Source: Prochlorococcus sp. scB243_495L20 (GTDB lineage: Bacteria > Cyanobacteriota > Cyanobacteriia > PCC-6307 > Cyanobiaceae). Taken from it: DNA of 64,000 nt. Position numbers and translations under genes: made by a program. This document shows positions 62,048-64,000 of the stretch, piece by piece; position 1 is the first letter of the stretch; every line of letters starts with the position of its first letter. Under the pieces are notes generated by a model. The model was given only the letters and a program-made list of their open reading frames with translations. It did not search any database and had not been told where the DNA came from. The stretch covers positions 899 to 64,898 of the forward strand of contig JFLX01000113.1 of the NCBI GenBank assembly GCA_000634215.1, in the 5' to 3' direction.

Positions 62048-62188
62048 TTGGAGAACAACATTGATACAACTCATATTTCTCTGATTACACTTACCATCCT
62101 AATGATTTCCTCTCTAACCTGGCTCGTCTTTAGAACCCTTAAGGAAGGTAGAAAAGCTCTAACAGAAATAAATAAGGATAAATCGTGA
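62048..62188 (+). CDS. 46-aa single-TM microprotein (TTG start)
   Basis: Translated by hand: MENNIDTTHISLITLTILMISSLTWLVFRTLKEGRKALTEINKDKS; AAGGA lies upstream. Confidence 0.5.
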   Translation: MENNIDTTHISLITLTILMISSLTWLVFRTLKEGRKALTEINKDKS

Positions 62189-62435
62189 AATACAATAACA
62201 ATTCAAAAATGTAGAATTTGATTAGATTTATAAAACTCCTAGATTTATAAGTTTTACTAACTAAATAGATATATTCCAAAAAATTTAAAAACTTTTCCTT
62301 TTCAAAGTTTGGGAAAAGCATAAAAAACTTAAATAAATACTAGAATTTGTTTGATCGCTAAGTCAAAAAATTACCAATCTGTTGAAATCCCATTTTTATG
62401 AAAGGACTTCTTTGTTATTACTTTAATAAATAAAA

Positions 62436-62531
62436 ATGCATCTAAATTCTTTACTTTATATTTGTTCTATATCTTTATTCATTTATATAATGGCGCTGTT
62501 TTGGCGAGACTTGCCAAATCAAAAAAAATAA
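62436..62531 (+). CDS. 31-aa single-TM microprotein
   Basis: Translated by hand: MHLNSLLYICSISLFIYIMALFWRDLPNQKK. Confidence 0.45.
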   Translation: MHLNSLLYICSISLFIYIMALFWRDLPNQKK

Positions 62532-62609
62532 ATAATTAATATTAATTTTGTTGCTTATAAAAATTAATTGAGTTATTAATTTAATATTGGATTTAATTTT
62601 TTTATATAA

Positions 62610-62774
62610 ATGCTGAAAGAATCTTCAAATAACAATAACAAAAACATATTCTCAAAAACTAACGGTATTGCAAAAGAAAAAATGATTTGCAAAGACGGAT
62701 TCTGTTCATTACCAAATCAAGATGAGATTTCAAAACAAGATTCAAATGATATGAATTTATTTGATCCTATTTAG
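62610..62774 (+). CDS. 54-aa polar microprotein with a CKDGFC motif
   Basis: Translated by hand: MLKESSNNNNKNIFSKTNGIAKEKMICKDGFCSLPNQDEISKQDSNDMNLFDPI. Confidence 0.55.
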   Translation: MLKESSNNNNKNIFSKTNGIAKEKMICKDGFCSLPNQDEISKQDSNDMNLFDPI

Positions 62775-62842
62775 TGAATAAATAATATTTTGATAAATTA
62801 AAGATTAAATTGATAATGTTAGATTCTTTAGATTTTTAATTT

Positions 62843-63178
62843 ATGTTTAATGACTTTTTAAACGCATATAAAGAGTTTTGGATTAAAGCTACAGACTTCA
62901 AAGGATTCACATCTCGATTGGACTGGTGGTTAGTTCAACTAGCGAATCTTATAATTTCTTTCCTAACTATCCCAATATTTTTAAAAGCGTTTGGTTTCAA
63001 TGTTTATGGCTTAGTTTGTATCATTCCTCAAATAGCTATTGATGTCAGAAGAATCAAAGATTTTGGAAAAGATTGGAAATGGATCTTTATTAATTTAATA
63101 CCTATCTTAGGATGGCTCTTGTGGTTCATCTGGCTAGGCTTTGGTAAGACTGGTAATGGGAAAAATAAACTTATATAG
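62843..63178 (+). CDS. DUF805 family membrane protein
   Basis: DFKGFTSR..WW...PQIAIDVRRIKDFGKDWKWI..NLIPILGW. Confidence 0.88.
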   Translation: MFNDFLNAYKEFWIKATDFKGFTSRLDWWLVQLANLIISFLTIPIFLKAFGFNVYGLVCIIPQIAIDVRRIKDFGKDWKWIFINLIPILGWLLWFIWLGFGKTGNGKNKLI

Positions 63179-63189
63179 AAATTAACTCC

Positions 63190-63507
63190 TCAATTTTTTC
63201 TTTTTTTAAAATTTACAAATCTTACCTTTTTTCTTAACTCTATTTGTTTTTCAATAATTCTAAACACATGCATCTCGCATTCGGTTAATTTAAGAAACTG
63301 ATGGAGTATATCTTTATCTTCTTCATCAAAATTCTCGAAAACTTCTGAAATAGCAGTACTATTTATAGAAATAAAATTCTCTGCTACATCACGTGGATTC
63401 TTGCCTGATTCGAAATCCTGAAAAGCTTCATAAGAATTAAGTTCTCTCGTTAACCATTTAAACCATGGTTCATTTGTATTATTTTTTTTATTTATGATTT
63501 TCTTCAT
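63190..63507 (-). CDS. 105-aa hypothetical protein, paralog of 52460..52726
   Basis: ATG ORF; aligns without gaps to the 52460..52726 product. Confidence 0.75.
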   Translation of the reverse strand: MKKIINKKNNTNEPWFKWLTRELNSYEAFQDFESGKNPRDVAENFISINSTAISEVFENFDEEDKDILHQFLKLTECEMHVFRIIEKQIELRKKVRFVNFKKRKN

Positions 63508-63714
63508 GAAAAAATTTTTACTAGTTTAATCATTATTAGTTATTTATTCTTTGACACCTGTACAAATACTTATTTTAAAAAACCAATTAAAGATTAAACT
63601 TATTTTTTTTAAAAAAAACTAACATAATTACAATAAAGTTTTTTTTAAGAATAAGTATTTATTACTCATTTTTTTGTTTATAAGATAGCTAGAATTTATT
63701 TTTAGTAAAATACA

Positions 63715-63933
63715 TTGTCAATTCCATTTTACGACTTTCCTTCATCTCCAATTTTAATAATTGGTGCTCTTGGCATTGCAGTAGCGATAGCAGTTTTTTT
63801 TGTCTCTTACCAAAAATATTTCAATTCTCCTTTGAACAAAGAGCTTTCAGAAAAGAAAAAAGCCTTAATTAAGGAACAAAAAGAATTAAATGAAAGATTA
63901 GAAAAAATAGAACAAGATTTAAAAAATTTATAA
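63715..63933 (+). CDS. 72-aa single-TM protein with C-terminal coiled coil
   Basis: TM ILIIGALGIAVAIAVFFV, then heptad-like LIKEQKELNERLEKIEQDL; TTG start. Confidence 0.65.
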   Translation: MSIPFYDFPSSPILIIGALGIAVAIAVFFVSYQKYFNSPLNKELSEKKKALIKEQKELNERLEKIEQDLKNL

Positions 63934-64000
63934 AAAATTACTTTTAAATAGAGATGAGTTAATGATCTCGAATTCAAGACCTTAATTTTTTTAACAGGAA

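Larger units (their letters stand above)
47090..64000. other. Accessory (genomic-island-like) region starting at tRNA-Val; extends past the window edge and contains the core gene murD
   Basis: Switch from long syntenic housekeeping genes to short, mixed-orientation hypothetical and stress genes with larger spacers. No integrase is visible. Confidence 0.7.

Noticed and set aside
62139-62321. 60-aa minus-strand ORF from the track
   Set aside because: It overlaps the 62048 ORF, has low-complexity F/L/Y composition and no other support; a shorter real gene cannot be excluded.
47090-64000. Prophage, tycheposon, IS element or CRISPR array
   Set aside because: No integrase, transposase, terminase, capsid or replication gene, and no spaced direct repeats were seen.

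Overview
AT-rich picocyanobacterial chromosome segment, most consistent with a high-light Prochlorococcus marinus. This is inferred from the gene order, kaiBC without kaiA, and the very low GC. About 1-47,090 is syntenic core genome: miaB-ddl-ftsQ-ftsZ, SRP RNA, panB, hemW, clpR/clpP, ilvC, cbiB, hli, HU, glgX (split by an extra G in a G6 run), tRNA-Gly, MFS/mlaE/plsY, pyrF, tyrS, pepA, msrA, lpxB-lpxA-fabZ-lpxC-bamA, purC/purD, nblS, kaiCB, rplU-rpmA, truB, rnz, petF, prmA, serA and tRNA-Val. From tRNA-Val(GAC) to the right edge is an accessory, island-like region with one stranded core gene (murD). It holds flavin/redox/UV-stress genes, a stand-alone NAD-ligase adenylation domain facing an inverted-order photolyase, a GAF protein with a Cys/His tail, and a dense field of microproteins, many below the 60-aa ORF-track cutoff. 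I found two internal paralog pairs by eye: single-TM microproteins sharing DDQDGG(K/M)LI, and two acidic 88/105-aa proteins that align without gaps. I saw no integrase, transposase, CRISPR array or rRNA. All family assignments come from motif recognition and recalled knowledge; no database search was run.
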